Source: an uncultured Mycoplasmatota bacterium (GTDB lineage: Bacteria; Bacillota_I; Bacilli_A; RF39; UBA660). Taken from it: 47,415 bases of DNA. This document shows positions 1 through 9,893 of the stretch, one piece after another. The notes under the pieces are model-generated. The model made no database searches, was not told the DNA's origin, and saw only the letters and a list, made by a program, of their open reading frames with translations. The DNA lies in assembly GCA_946629885.1 (NCBI GenBank), contig CAMOYI010000009.1, positions 1 to 47,415 of the forward strand, given 5' to 3'. Every line of letters begins with the position of its first letter. The stretch's first letter is position 1. The translations under genes and the position numbers were made by a program.

Positions 1-1
1 A

Positions 2-1666
2 AAGTTTTTGGGTGAATTTATAAATGGAAAGTTCGTAAATGGACTACTTAGAAAAGCAAATCTAAACTCTAAAATAAGGGCTATTAGTGTAGAAGAATTG
101 AAGGATATTATAGGAGTTGAGTCAAAAGACACAATTCTTTTAGGAAGTAGTAGCGTTTATAAAGGATATAATATATATCCACAAGTAAACGACTTGTTTG
201 CAAACCATATGTGTATATTTGGAAATAGTGGATCTGGTAAATCTTGTGGTGTTGCAAGAATTATTCAGAATATATTATCGAACAAGCAAAGTCTTGCTTA
301 CAATGCAAATTTGATATTTTTTGATTCTTTTGGAGAATATAAGAACGCCTTTAGAGATATTGGAACGATAAACGAGTATTACCACTATCGTTTCTTGACA
401 ACCATGCCTAAAGAAGCTACAGACGAGTTATTGAGCATTCCGATGAATTTATTGACAAACGACGATATCGGAATACTTTTGCAAGCGGAAAAACACTCTC
501 AGCTAACGATAATCGACCGCGCTATTAGATATGCTAAAATATTTTCTATAAATACAGAAGAGACTCATAGATTTAAAAACAATATTATTGCAAAAGCTAT
601 ACTTACAGTACTATATAGCAATACTACTTCTAAAGAGAAGAAAGATGAGATATTTAGAATAATCAATATATGTCATACTCCTGAATTCGATTTTGATACT
701 AGTATCGAAGGAATCGGTTATTCTAGAACATTTAGTGAATGTTTTGCAATTGATAATCAAGGAAGGTTTGGAGAAGAAGTATTAATCACAAATTACATAC
801 TTAAATTTTTAGATTCAAGTATAGATAACTATCCAACTCCAGAAGAAACCAATTATACGCTAGAAGACTTAGCAAACAGCTTAGAGTTTACTCTTATAAG
901 CGATGGATTTAATCAGAATTCACTTATGCATGACGATGCTCAATTGTTAAAAGTTAGATTGAACAATATACTTCACAGTAATATAAAAAATTTGTTCAGT
1001 GGAGAAAAGTATGTCTCAGTTGGTAATTTTATAACTAATCTTTTAAGTAAAAATAATCAAAAATTCCAAATTGTAAATATAAGTTTAGAGGGAATAGATG
1101 ATGCCTATGCTAAAGCGATTGTCAAAATATTTTCTCGAATAATATTTGAATTTGCAAAGGGAAATGCCAATAGAGCAACTATACCTTTCCATCTATTCTT
1201 AGAGGAAGCCCACAGATATGTACAAAAAGATATCGATGTATTCTTACTCGGTTACAATATATTTGATAGAATTGCTAAAGAGGGAAGAAAGTATGGCGTA
1301 CTTTTAGATATAATTAGCCAAAGGCCTGTAGATATATCAGATACTGTTTTGGCGCAGTGTTCAAACTTTTTAATCTTTAAGATGACACATCCAAAAGATA
1401 TTAAATATATAAGTGAAATATTGCCAAATATAAGTCAAGAAGTTATAGAAAAGATGAAAGTATTACAGCCAGGTACTTGTGTAGCATTTGGTTCAGCTTT
1501 TAAAATACCTATGATTTGTAAGCTTGAAATGCCTAGTCCTAGTCCATATTCATCTAGTTGTAATGTTTCTGCTTTCTGGGATTCAAAAGATTCAATCAAC
1601 ATATCAAATGAAACTAATATATCAGAAAATGATCAGGGAGCAATAGATGAAGTTGTACCACTATAA
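2..1666 (+). CDS. HerA/FtsK-like ATPase (DUF87/DUF853-type), 5'-partial
   Basis: Walker A GNSGSGKS after HMCIF, Walker B LFLEEAHRY, and IAKEGRKYG...ISQRP, all typical of HerA-family ATPases. The frame is open from base 2, so the start probably lies upstream of the window. Confidence 0.85.
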   Translation, partial: KFLGEFINGKFVNGLLRKANLNSKIRAISVEELKDIIGVESKDTILLGSSSVYKGYNIYPQVNDLFANHMCIFGNSGSGKSCGVARIIQNILSNKQSLAYNANLIFFDSFGEYKNAFRDIGTINEYYHYRFLTTMPKEATDELLSIPMNLLTNDDIGILLQAEKHSQLTIIDRAIRYAKIFSINTEETHRFKNNIIAKAILTVLYSNTTSKEKKDEIFRIINICHTPEFDFDTSIEGIGYSRTFSECFAIDNQGRFGEEVLITNYILKFLDSSIDNYPTPEETNYTLEDLANSLEFTLISDGFNQNSLMHDDAQLLKVRLNNILHSNIKNLFSGEKYVSVGNFITNLLSKNNQKFQIVNISLEGIDDAYAKAIVKIFSRIIFEFAKGNANRATIPFHLFLEEAHRYVQKDIDVFLLGYNIFDRIAKEGRKYGVLLDIISQRPVDISDTVLAQCSNFLIFKMTHPKDIKYISEILPNISQEVIEKMKVLQPGTCVAFGSAFKIPMICKLEMPSPSPYSSSCNVSAFWDSKDSINISNETNISENDQGAIDEVVPL

Positions 1667-1705
1667 ATTATATAGTAATATGTACATTAGAATAGAGGTT
1701 TATAC

Positions 1706-2440
1706 ATGAGAGGAAAATATTTAATAATTGTATTTGTAGCTATGCTTACTTTAATTACAGGATGCGGGAAAAGTGCTTCAAAAGAAGGAACTGTAAATAA
1801 AAAAATAACTTTAGAATCTATGAAAAACGAAGATACAAGTTACCTTGATATTAATGGAAAGGTGATGTCTTTGCCTTTTAAGGTTAAAGATTTCTTTAAT
1901 GTTTTCACAGATTTTGATGCATTTACTTGGGATGATGAAAATAATAAAGATAAGAAAATTGATTTAAATGAAAAATTGCCATATATGACAACTGTTCAAG
2001 TTTCTGTTATTAAAAAATCAGGCGATGAGGATGATGAAACAAAATTAAAACGTACTAGACTTAGGTTTACTGCGCGCATTCTTCCAGAGGGTGGCGATAC
2101 TGTAGGAAATGCATTAGTTACTGGAGTAAGCTATCAGTATGTAGATAATTATAGTTTTGGTACAGTAAAAATCAATGGAATCGAAATCAATAAGACTACT
2201 GCAGGCGAGGTCATGAAATTTTTCGAAGAAACTTACGGTAAATATGTGATTTCTGATAATAGGAAGATTAAAGTAGATAGGGATTTATTGGCAAAGAAGT
2301 TTAAGAAAATTGAATACTGGGGAGCGGAAGCATATCCTGTGATTTACGCCAACGTAGATAGCTATTTAAACGATCAAGAGCCAATTACTTATGTTTCAGT
2401 AAATTATGATACAAATACATTTATTTATAAAAAAAGTTAA
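1706..2440 (+). CDS. putative lipoprotein, unknown function
   Basis: Basic N-terminus, hydrophobic stretch and lipobox LITG-C; RBS GAGGT upstream. Confidence 0.75.
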   Translation: MRGKYLIIVFVAMLTLITGCGKSASKEGTVNKKITLESMKNEDTSYLDINGKVMSLPFKVKDFFNVFTDFDAFTWDDENNKDKKIDLNEKLPYMTTVQVSVIKKSGDEDDETKLKRTRLRFTARILPEGGDTVGNALVTGVSYQYVDNYSFGTVKINGIEINKTTAGEVMKFFEETYGKYVISDNRKIKVDRDLLAKKFKKIEYWGAEAYPVIYANVDSYLNDQEPITYVSVNYDTNTFIYKKS

Positions 2441-2453
2441 GCAACATTTTACC

Positions 2454-2480
2454 AAATCGCGATAAACCGCGATTTTTTTT
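2454..2480 (+). terminator. intrinsic terminator after the lipoprotein gene
   Basis: Stem AAATCGCG/CGCGATTT with a 6-nt loop, followed by a T run. Confidence 0.75.
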
Positions 2481-2481
2481 G

Positions 2482-2509
2482 TACTAAAATCTTTTGTTTT
2501 AAATAGATT
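2482..2509 (+). promoter_or_regulatory. possible sigmaE-type sporulation promoter for spoIVA
   Basis: TACTAAA...AATAGATT loosely resembles sigmaE -35/-10 elements. No sigmaA consensus is evident, and spoIVA is sigmaE-controlled in Bacillus. Weak match in AT-rich DNA. Confidence 0.3.
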
Positions 2510-2529
2510 TAAATGAAAGGATTGTATGT

Positions 2530-4008
2530 ATGGATAAAAACAATGTTTTGACCTCAATTGCCAAAAGGGGAAATGGCGAAATATATTTAGGAGTCGTCGG
2601 TGCGGTTAGAACTGGTAAATCGACATTTATTAAAAGATTTATAGAAAATTTGGTAGTTCCAAATATAGCGGATGAATATGAAAAAAAGAGATGTTTAGAT
2701 GAAATTCCTCAAAGCGCCCAAGGAAAGACTATAATGACTACAGAACCAAAGTTTGTGCCTTCTAATGGCGCAAATATAGAGATACAAGACTTCACAGCAA
2801 ATATTAAACTAATAGACTGCGTAGGATACGTCATACCAGGTTCTAATGGATATGAAGACGATTTGGGAAATCCAAGAATGGTAAAAACACCATGGACTCC
2901 AGAAGAAATACCTTTTGTTGAAGCTGCAGAAATTGGAACAGATAAAGTTATTAGAGATCACGCAACTATAGGTATAGTAGTAACAACAGATGCTTCATTT
3001 GGAGAAATAGCGAGAAGTGAATATGTTGATGCTGAGAATAGAGTTATTAGTGAGTTAAAAGCTTTAGGCAAACCATTTATAGTCGTTTTAAACACAGTAC
3101 ACCCAACAAATTCGGAAACTGTACGTTTAAAAGATGAACTGATAAATAAGTATGATGTACCTGTCATTCCTGTAAGTGTAGAATCTATGAATGAAACAGA
3201 CATAATGGAAATATTGGAAACTGCACTAATGGAATTTCCAGTATTAGATGTCGAAGTAAACATACCAGAATGGATACATATACTTAATATGTCAGACGAC
3301 ATTAAAAAAGAATATTTAGATAAGATACGAGAATCCGTGACTAGTGTCGATAAATTGAAAGATGTCAACACCATAATCGAACACTTTACTGATAGTAAGT
3401 ATATTGATAAAAGTTATATAAGCTCACTAGATTCTGCCACTGGAGTAGTAACTTTAACTTTGGAAGCACCGGCTAATCTATATCAAGAAAAACTATCTAG
3501 TGTAATGGGTGATATAAATACGACGAAAGCTAGTATTCTTAAAATGTTTATAGATTATAATGAGGGAAGAAGCGAAACGACAGCGCTTAAAGATGCTCTA
3601 AAAATGGCCAAAAGTACTGGCTATGGCATAATGTATCCAGACTTAAAGGACATGAAGTTGGATACACCAGAAATAATCAAACAGGGAACTAGATATGGAG
3701 TCAAATTGAAGGCAGTCGCAAGTTCAATACACTTAATAAGAGTAGATGTGGAAAGCACATTTGAGCCAATTATAGGTAGTGAAATACAAAGTAAGGAACT
3801 TATAGACTATCTCATGAGAGACTATGAGACAGACCCTGCAAGCATATGGAAGAGCGAAATATTCGGAAGAAGTCTCGATGTAATAGTAAAAGAAGGAATA
3901 CAAGCTAAATTATCACTAATGCCAGAAAACACGAGATTTAAGTTGGGAAATACTATAACTAAAATTGTAAATAAGGGATCAAACAATTTAATAGCAATAG
4001 TGATATAA
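2530..4008 (+). CDS. spoIVA: stage IV sporulation protein A (spore coat morphogenetic ATPase)
   Basis: IYLGVVGAVRTGKSTFIKRF, TIMTTEPKFVP, LIDCVGY, IWKSEIFGRSL; 492 aa; located upstream of hup as in Bacillus. Confidence 0.97.
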   Translation: MDKNNVLTSIAKRGNGEIYLGVVGAVRTGKSTFIKRFIENLVVPNIADEYEKKRCLDEIPQSAQGKTIMTTEPKFVPSNGANIEIQDFTANIKLIDCVGYVIPGSNGYEDDLGNPRMVKTPWTPEEIPFVEAAEIGTDKVIRDHATIGIVVTTDASFGEIARSEYVDAENRVISELKALGKPFIVVLNTVHPTNSETVRLKDELINKYDVPVIPVSVESMNETDIMEILETALMEFPVLDVEVNIPEWIHILNMSDDIKKEYLDKIRESVTSVDKLKDVNTIIEHFTDSKYIDKSYISSLDSATGVVTLTLEAPANLYQEKLSSVMGDINTTKASILKMFIDYNEGRSETTALKDALKMAKSTGYGIMYPDLKDMKLDTPEIIKQGTRYGVKLKAVASSIHLIRVDVESTFEPIIGSEIQSKELIDYLMRDYETDPASIWKSEIFGRSLDVIVKEGIQAKLSLMPENTRFKLGNTITKIVNKGSNNLIAIVI

Positions 4009-4031
4009 GAAGAAGTTAATCTTCTTTTTTT
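4007..4031 (+). terminator. intrinsic terminator after spoIVA
   Basis: AAGAAGA-agttaa-TCTTCTT followed by a T run. Confidence 0.6.
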
Positions 4032-4094
4032 ATTAATCTTCTACTGTAAATAACGAATTTTTACAGTTTTTTATGTATTTTTAGCTTATTTTAC

Positions 4095-4122
4095 TTGATT
4101 TTTTTCTTGCAAGTGTGATAAT
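4095..4122 (+). promoter_or_regulatory. sigmaA-type promoter for hup
   Basis: TTGATT-N16-GATAAT with an extended -10 TG. Confidence 0.5.
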
Positions 4123-4176
4123 TTATAGATGTAAGGAGTAGAGTGTTCCTTACCAAAGAAATATGGAGGTAATATT

Positions 4177-4449
4177 ATGGGAAAAACTCAATTAGTTGAA
4201 GCTGTTGCTGCTAAGACTGGATTAACTAAAGCTGATTCAGCTCGTGCAGTAGATGCAGTATTTGAAGCAATGACTGAAGGTCTTAAAAAGGAAGGAAAGG
4301 TTTCACTAGTAGGTTTCGGAACTTTCGCAGTTAAGAAACGTGCTGCTAGAGATGGTATCAACCCTCTAACAAAAGAACCTCTACACATTCCTGCAAAGAA
4401 GGCTGTATCATTCAAAGCTGGTTCTAAATTAAAAGATACTATTAACTAA
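4177..4449 (+). CDS. hup: DNA-binding protein HU
   Basis: VSLVGFGTFAVKKRAARDGINPLT signature; 90 aa; RBS GGAGGT. Confidence 0.98.
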   Translation: MGKTQLVEAVAAKTGLTKADSARAVDAVFEAMTEGLKKEGKVSLVGFGTFAVKKRAARDGINPLTKEPLHIPAKKAVSFKAGSKLKDTIN

Positions 4450-4459
4450 TAGAGTCTAT

Positions 4460-4482
4460 AGACCACGTTTGTGGTCTTTTTT
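4460..4482 (+). terminator. intrinsic terminator after hup
   Basis: AGACCAC-gttt-GTGGTCT followed by a T run. Confidence 0.85.
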
Positions 4483-4483
4483 G

Positions 4484-4512
4484 TTGACAAAAAGTGGACA
4501 TTGATGTATTTT
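4484..4512 (+). promoter_or_regulatory. sigmaA-type promoter for orphan 4529
   Basis: TTGACA-N17-TATTTT. Confidence 0.55.
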
Positions 4513-4528
4513 ATAGCCGGGTGGTTTT

Positions 4529-6988
4529 ATGGTTACAATGGGAAAAACAGAATTAAGTGTAGGTAGCTTAATATCTATACCTTTTTACCTTACAAATAGA
4601 GAAAAAAAGAAAATTATAAATGCAAGTAGAAAAGCTAATGGAAAAAATAGTGATAAATATATTGATAAAATATGCAAAATTTTGGGTAATGCCAATAAGA
4701 GGGAAAATTGGAGTAATTTAAAGTTTGACGGAAAAGCTTTTAGGGATGAATTCACTAACTTTATTAAGTCACTCTGTGGTTCTATAATTTCACGTGATGA
4801 GGCTATATATGTTATTGAAAGATTTAATGCGTATGCAGATAATCCGACAGAGAAAAATATTAGAGAATTCAAGAAAGCCTTAATTGAGAACGTCGAAAGA
4901 AATTTAAATAAAAGAGTTAAATTGACATATCCATTTGATAGTCAAGCCCCTTTTAATGTCGAATATTTAAATCGATATATGTTGCTTGCAGAAAATGCTA
5001 TTAAAGATAAGTTAAAAGAGTCCTGGGCAAACATAATTAAAATATATATATCAATATTTGAAGATGAACCTGAAAGAATAGAATCATATTTTAATGAACT
5101 ATTTGACTCAGGAGTATATAATAAGAATTTCTGGTCTTATATATATGGAACTATCGTTGGTAAATTAAAAAAGTCAAATGAAGAGCAGCATCATAAAGAA
5201 AATGATGAAACTTATGGAGCTTTGGCATTTGCCTTTGACTGTTTAAAAGACTTAGATGATTACTTCAATAATGAATTTAAAAATGATATAGCATTTATTA
5301 AATCTATAAATACTTTCCACCTAATTTTAGGGGATAAAAATAGAGTTGAAACTGTATTATTTCCAATTTCACCTAATGTACTTTCAGCATATAGAATGAT
5401 TTTAAGTAATGCAGTTGTACAATACAGTGAATTTCTTCGATTAACAGATGGTAACAGGGTATTAGAGGTAACAAAAATTGGTCAAATACAAGACAAGCGT
5501 GACGACGAATTAGTACGATTAACTGATAGAGTCAATCATCTAAATAAATTATTGATCACCTCTTGCTTAATACATTTATATCATTGTGGGCTTATTACTA
5601 TAGATGAAAGATTTGAGCTAGTAGAAAGATTTATAGATGATCCAAGTAAATTGGCAGATTTTATCAAAGAAGTTATCGATAGAGCAAAAGCGAAGTACAG
5701 TAATCAGAAAGATACACAAACATTTGATAATATATACGAATTATTTAAAGATGGAATGAGTCCTTATGAAATAGTAGAACAAATTGATGCTACAGTTAAA
5801 TCGAAAGGTGATATCAACAATAGTTATGCCGGAACTGTTTATACGACGAAGTATGAGTATGTTAAAAAAATGTATGAAAACATCATTTGTTTTCCTGGTT
5901 TTCTAAAGCAGGATGAACAAATTAAAGCTAATAGTATATTAGAAGGTTTATCGAAGAATGAAGAAGGTTATCAAATACTAAATAAAATTATATCTGATGC
6001 TTTTAAGAGACTCGGGTATCGTGAAGAACCCATTATCAAAGGATTGAATTCATCTGAGTGTCAACTAATAGTTGTTAGTGAAATGAGTGCCAATCCCGGT
6101 TTGCCTCAAATATTATCAAGTCTGTTTAAAAAGATACAAGGAATAGATAGAAGATCAAAAATATTAGAAGAGGCTCTTATATACATACTATCGTCTCGTA
6201 TAATCATGAACGCTCCTCTTGCTGGCAATATGGAAGCTCGATTGGACAATGTTTTTTTAGCACTTAATGCATTAAAAAGTATGCTAACCAATGATGAGAA
6301 CTTAATTATTAGCAGCAATTTATTAGATAGTGATATTATTGATGATGAAGAATTTGAAAGAAGAATAACCAGTTTAAAAGGCATTAATTCAGCAGCCGAT
6401 TTAAACTCTGATAGAGCGCATATAAAAATGATTAAAGCGACATTCGCTGCTTATAATCCTGATTATTTTAATAGCCAAGATTTATGCGCGCATATCGATT
6501 TATTTAGTGATGATAATTCTGTAAAAGATAATGAAGATCTATGTCGAAGTACAATTAATAGCTACTTACAAATAGTTTTTAATTCATATGAAAAATTATT
6601 CTTTTTAATTCCGAGCGTAGCATTTGTCGGTGTTAATAGAAATATAAACCCTGAATATAGAGAAACTATAGATATAGTCAATAAATTATTATTACAGATG
6701 ATGTCAACACAAAATTGCTTATCTGAAGAAAATATTGAGTTTTCTCTAAAAAATACTATAGGCTTAATAATAGATAAATTGACTTTTGAACTCGAAGAAG
6801 AAACTAATGAAACAGCTAAGATGGTAATAGAAGAAATAACAAAAATATTTTGCGCATTTATAAAAGAAAAAGATTTGTGTGAAATAATGGATGACGAGAT
6901 GAAAGTAAAATTTGGTGCTTTAGATAATAAATATAGTAACAATATGGGAAATGCTATGTTTCTAAGTACTGTAAATGGTGCAAATTAG
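4529..6988 (+). CDS. large hypothetical protein (819 aa), predicted helical and soluble
   Basis: Long ORF with no signal peptide, TM segment or recognisable catalytic motif. Confidence 0.85.
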   Translation: MVTMGKTELSVGSLISIPFYLTNREKKKIINASRKANGKNSDKYIDKICKILGNANKRENWSNLKFDGKAFRDEFTNFIKSLCGSIISRDEAIYVIERFNAYADNPTEKNIREFKKALIENVERNLNKRVKLTYPFDSQAPFNVEYLNRYMLLAENAIKDKLKESWANIIKIYISIFEDEPERIESYFNELFDSGVYNKNFWSYIYGTIVGKLKKSNEEQHHKENDETYGALAFAFDCLKDLDDYFNNEFKNDIAFIKSINTFHLILGDKNRVETVLFPISPNVLSAYRMILSNAVVQYSEFLRLTDGNRVLEVTKIGQIQDKRDDELVRLTDRVNHLNKLLITSCLIHLYHCGLITIDERFELVERFIDDPSKLADFIKEVIDRAKAKYSNQKDTQTFDNIYELFKDGMSPYEIVEQIDATVKSKGDINNSYAGTVYTTKYEYVKKMYENIICFPGFLKQDEQIKANSILEGLSKNEEGYQILNKIISDAFKRLGYREEPIIKGLNSSECQLIVVSEMSANPGLPQILSSLFKKIQGIDRRSKILEEALIYILSSRIIMNAPLAGNMEARLDNVFLALNALKSMLTNDENLIISSNLLDSDIIDDEEFERRITSLKGINSAADLNSDRAHIKMIKATFAAYNPDYFNSQDLCAHIDLFSDDNSVKDNEDLCRSTINSYLQIVFNSYEKLFFLIPSVAFVGVNRNINPEYRETIDIVNKLLLQMMSTQNCLSEENIEFSLKNTIGLIIDKLTFELEEETNETAKMVIEEITKIFCAFIKEKDLCEIMDDEMKVKFGALDNKYSNNMGNAMFLSTVNGAN

Positions 6989-7003
6989 ATTAGCCTATTT
7001 ATA

Positions 7004-7032
7004 TTGACAAAGAACGGCTTTTAATTTATTTT
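7004..7032 (+). promoter_or_regulatory. sigmaA-type promoter for orphan 7050
   Basis: TTGACA-N17-TATTTT, the same layout as 4484-4512. Confidence 0.55.
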
Positions 7033-7049
7033 AACTGTGAGGTGCTTTT

Positions 7050-8981
7050 ATGAAAAGAAAAGATTTAGAAACAAATAATAAGTTACAAAAAGATTTATTC
7101 GATGCGATAGATCTCTTTTGTGGTGCATGTAAGATAAGTACTATACCAATGCAACCTATATCTGTTAAATTGTTAAATACTTTAAAAAAATATCTTTTAG
7201 AAGCCTGTGATAATTACAAAATATCCTATAAAGATTACATTGAAAAACTCAATGCAGAAGAATTTGAAAACGTACACGGAGAAAATCAAATTGTAAGAAT
7301 ATTCACTATCCGTTTAAATGAAATAACTGACTTAATAATAGAGCAGGATATGTCTAGATGGAGAGAATTATTAAACGCTTTATTTAATGCAAAGATAATA
7401 ACTCGTAAACAAGGTGAAGATTATTACGAGAAGTATCGCAGGTATCTTTGTGGCCAAAACAACTATGATGAAGAAGTGCAACCAATGTTGGGCATTATTA
7501 AGGTATTAGTCAATATAGGAGATACGTATTACAATAAAATAAATTCGGACACATTTGAACTTCGAAGAGAACATTTTATAACCGTTGCTTTAGAAAAAAC
7601 TAGGAAAATAGTAGAAGTGCAAAAAAAGTATTTATTATATATTAGCAAAATATATAGTGCGTCAGAGAAAAGTGCGAAGAAAGATCTTTTTTATTCGATA
7701 TTTACATGTACATCTAAAAAAGAAAAAGATGTTAAAATTAGTGCTTTTTTTGCGGATATGGCTGAAGCCCTTGGATACTTTGACATTAACGAATATAATT
7801 CAGCGCTGCTATATGATTATTCCTTAAATGAAACTTTAAGGTTGTTGGATGAACTCAATAGACTTTTAGGAAATCATACAGGTACAATCAAAAGCTTAAA
7901 GACAGCATTGTGTAATGGTGAATATATTCAGTTTAGAAGGCTTTTTTCAAGATTAAAAAATGAAATATCAGAAATTTTCAGTGACGATGAAGAATATGCC
8001 ATGATGGAATCGAAAGTTATTCGCCACAAGTGGTTTGCATTACCGCAATATCTAACATATGTTAATAAAAATCTTTCATCAGATAAATATTTTGAGTTTC
8101 GCGCAAGTTTACTAGAAATATCTAAGAAGTTGGGCCTTTATGGTTTTGTAGGTCAAGTATTTGGAATTCATGATGAGGATGATACAAAAGATTTATACAC
8201 CATAATTCCAGAAGTTTTAAGAATTTTTAAAATTCATGCGCATATTTTATTGTGTGCATGCAGCGATGAAGAAAAGAAAATAGTAAATGGATTGTTATCT
8301 GAATTGGATATGGTTTTAGACAGCAAATCACAATCACCTTTGGACTGGAACAGTATAAAGAGCAATATTGAAAGAATCTTTGAAAAGCTAGTAGTCATCT
8401 ATAATGCCCATATACCAAAAAGCAAAAGTGAACAAGAAAAATATATGCTTGTTGAAGGTCTTTTTCTAACATCATTTACAAGATCTTTAGATACCGTTCC
8501 TAGTACTATGTCAGATATGAGTAATTATATTTTAAATTTACATACTCAAGAAATTAGTAATAATGAAACAGATAGCGCACCTATAAAAGAATATTTGAAA
8601 TTCTTATATAATCAAGAAAAGAGACCGTTTATTGCTCCTCGTCCAGAATTCTTTTTGCCACAGTGCAATATAGAGAATAGAAATATAATCAAGATGCTTC
8701 AAATAAATATAAACAATTTACTAAAAAAGGAATTGTCAGGTGATCAAGTTTGTTCCTTAGACTTGGAATGTATCCTAAAGGCATTTTTGCTAATAGTTAA
8801 CAATCAAGATGATAGAGATGCTCTTTTCAAATTATTAGTAGACTGTATGTTCGAAGCAGTTGAAAAGAAATTAGAAGAGTACAGTGCAACTTGGCCAGAA
8901 GATTATACAAGAATGTTTGAAGAGATAAAAAGCAAAGTTGATAATAAAGCGGAAGTACTCACTTTACAAACGATGAGTTAA
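7050..8981 (+). CDS. large hypothetical protein (643 aa), predicted helical and soluble
   Basis: Long ORF with RBS GAGGTG; no recognisable domain. Confidence 0.85.
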   Translation: MKRKDLETNNKLQKDLFDAIDLFCGACKISTIPMQPISVKLLNTLKKYLLEACDNYKISYKDYIEKLNAEEFENVHGENQIVRIFTIRLNEITDLIIEQDMSRWRELLNALFNAKIITRKQGEDYYEKYRRYLCGQNNYDEEVQPMLGIIKVLVNIGDTYYNKINSDTFELRREHFITVALEKTRKIVEVQKKYLLYISKIYSASEKSAKKDLFYSIFTCTSKKEKDVKISAFFADMAEALGYFDINEYNSALLYDYSLNETLRLLDELNRLLGNHTGTIKSLKTALCNGEYIQFRRLFSRLKNEISEIFSDDEEYAMMESKVIRHKWFALPQYLTYVNKNLSSDKYFEFRASLLEISKKLGLYGFVGQVFGIHDEDDTKDLYTIIPEVLRIFKIHAHILLCACSDEEKKIVNGLLSELDMVLDSKSQSPLDWNSIKSNIERIFEKLVVIYNAHIPKSKSEQEKYMLVEGLFLTSFTRSLDTVPSTMSDMSNYILNLHTQEISNNETDSAPIKEYLKFLYNQEKRPFIAPRPEFFLPQCNIENRNIIKMLQININNLLKKELSGDQVCSLDLECILKAFLLIVNNQDDRDALFKLLVDCMFEAVEKKLEEYSATWPEDYTRMFEEIKSKVDNKAEVLTLQTMS

Positions 8982-8993
8982 CCGCTTTTTTTA

Positions 8994-9022
8994 TGGACAA
9001 AAATAGTATTATTTAGTAAAAT
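8994..9022 (+). promoter_or_regulatory. sigmaA-type promoter for the hypothetical-scpA-scpB operon
   Basis: TGGACA-N17-TAAAAT. Confidence 0.5.
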
Positions 9023-9047
9023 GTTTGTAGATTAGAAGGTGTTTATA

Positions 9048-9893
9048 ATGAAAAAGACAGAAGAAAAACAATCTAACCCAGTGTTTGTTATTTTTATCTT
9101 TTTAATAGTACTTCTATTATTTTTGGCATTTCCTTATATAAAAAGCAAAAATAAAAAGGAAATAACTACGCCCATTAATAACAGTACTACGACTAAAAAA
9201 CACACTTCTGATAAAATAGATTCTTTAAGTTCTTATATACAAATTGGCAGTGGTGATACCATTAATTTTAATGGATTAAACATTAAAAATCCAAAGGTAC
9301 ATAATGATGTATTTAGTATTGATATATTCAGTGAAAAAGATATAGACTTATCATCATTGGACTACTATGTCGAATTTTACTATCCAAAAAACAAATTCCT
9401 TTTTAGAAGATTGCTTAAAGGTAATATATCTTCTAAAGAATATAAGACGATTAATATAAGTGATATCGATATCGACAACGATTATTATATTTCAATCAGC
9501 CATATACCCACATCTTACATACCAGTTAAAACCTTTTCAACTGATGAGTCTAGCATAAGTGGATTTACATGTGTAAAAGGAGCCTATACATACGAATATG
9601 ACTTTAGTGAAGATAAGCTCATAAGAGCGGCTAAAAAATACAAGTATGTAAGTAGTGACTTAGAAGAATTATCTGAAAAGCTATTTGAAATAAAAAAAGA
9701 AGAGAATTCTCTTAACGAGCAAAAGGGCGTGACCGCGAGTGTAGTAGAATCAAATAAAGAATTTATCTATACAATAGAGATAAACTATTTAGAAAAAAGT
9801 GAAAATAAAATAGACCCATATTTTTACGAAAAGGACGAATTTAATTATGTTGTCATGTTTAAAATGGAAGCAGAGGGGTTTGATTGCAAATGA
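9048..9893 (+). CDS. N-terminally membrane-anchored hypothetical protein
   Basis: Single TM (VFVIFIFLIVLLLFLAFPYI). ATG 9048 is preferred because it follows GAAGGTG. The stop overlaps the scpA start. Confidence 0.8.
   Translation: MKKTEEKQSNPVFVIFIFLIVLLLFLAFPYIKSKNKKEITTPINNSTTTKKHTSDKIDSLSSYIQIGSGDTINFNGLNIKNPKVHNDVFSIDIFSEKDIDLSSLDYYVEFYYPKNKFLFRRLLKGNISSKEYKTINISDIDIDNDYYISISHIPTSYIPVKTFSTDESSISGFTCVKGAYTYEYDFSEDKLIRAAKKYKYVSSDLEELSEKLFEIKKEENSLNEQKGVTASVVESNKEFIYTIEINYLEKSENKIDPYFYEKDEFNYVVMFKMEAEGFDCK

Noticed and set aside
8946-8992. Long imperfect hairpin (AAAGCGG...CCGCTTT plus T run) over the end of ORF 7050 as a structured RNA
   Set aside because: It is mostly within coding sequence with large internal loops. 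At best a weak terminator, so not reported as a feature.
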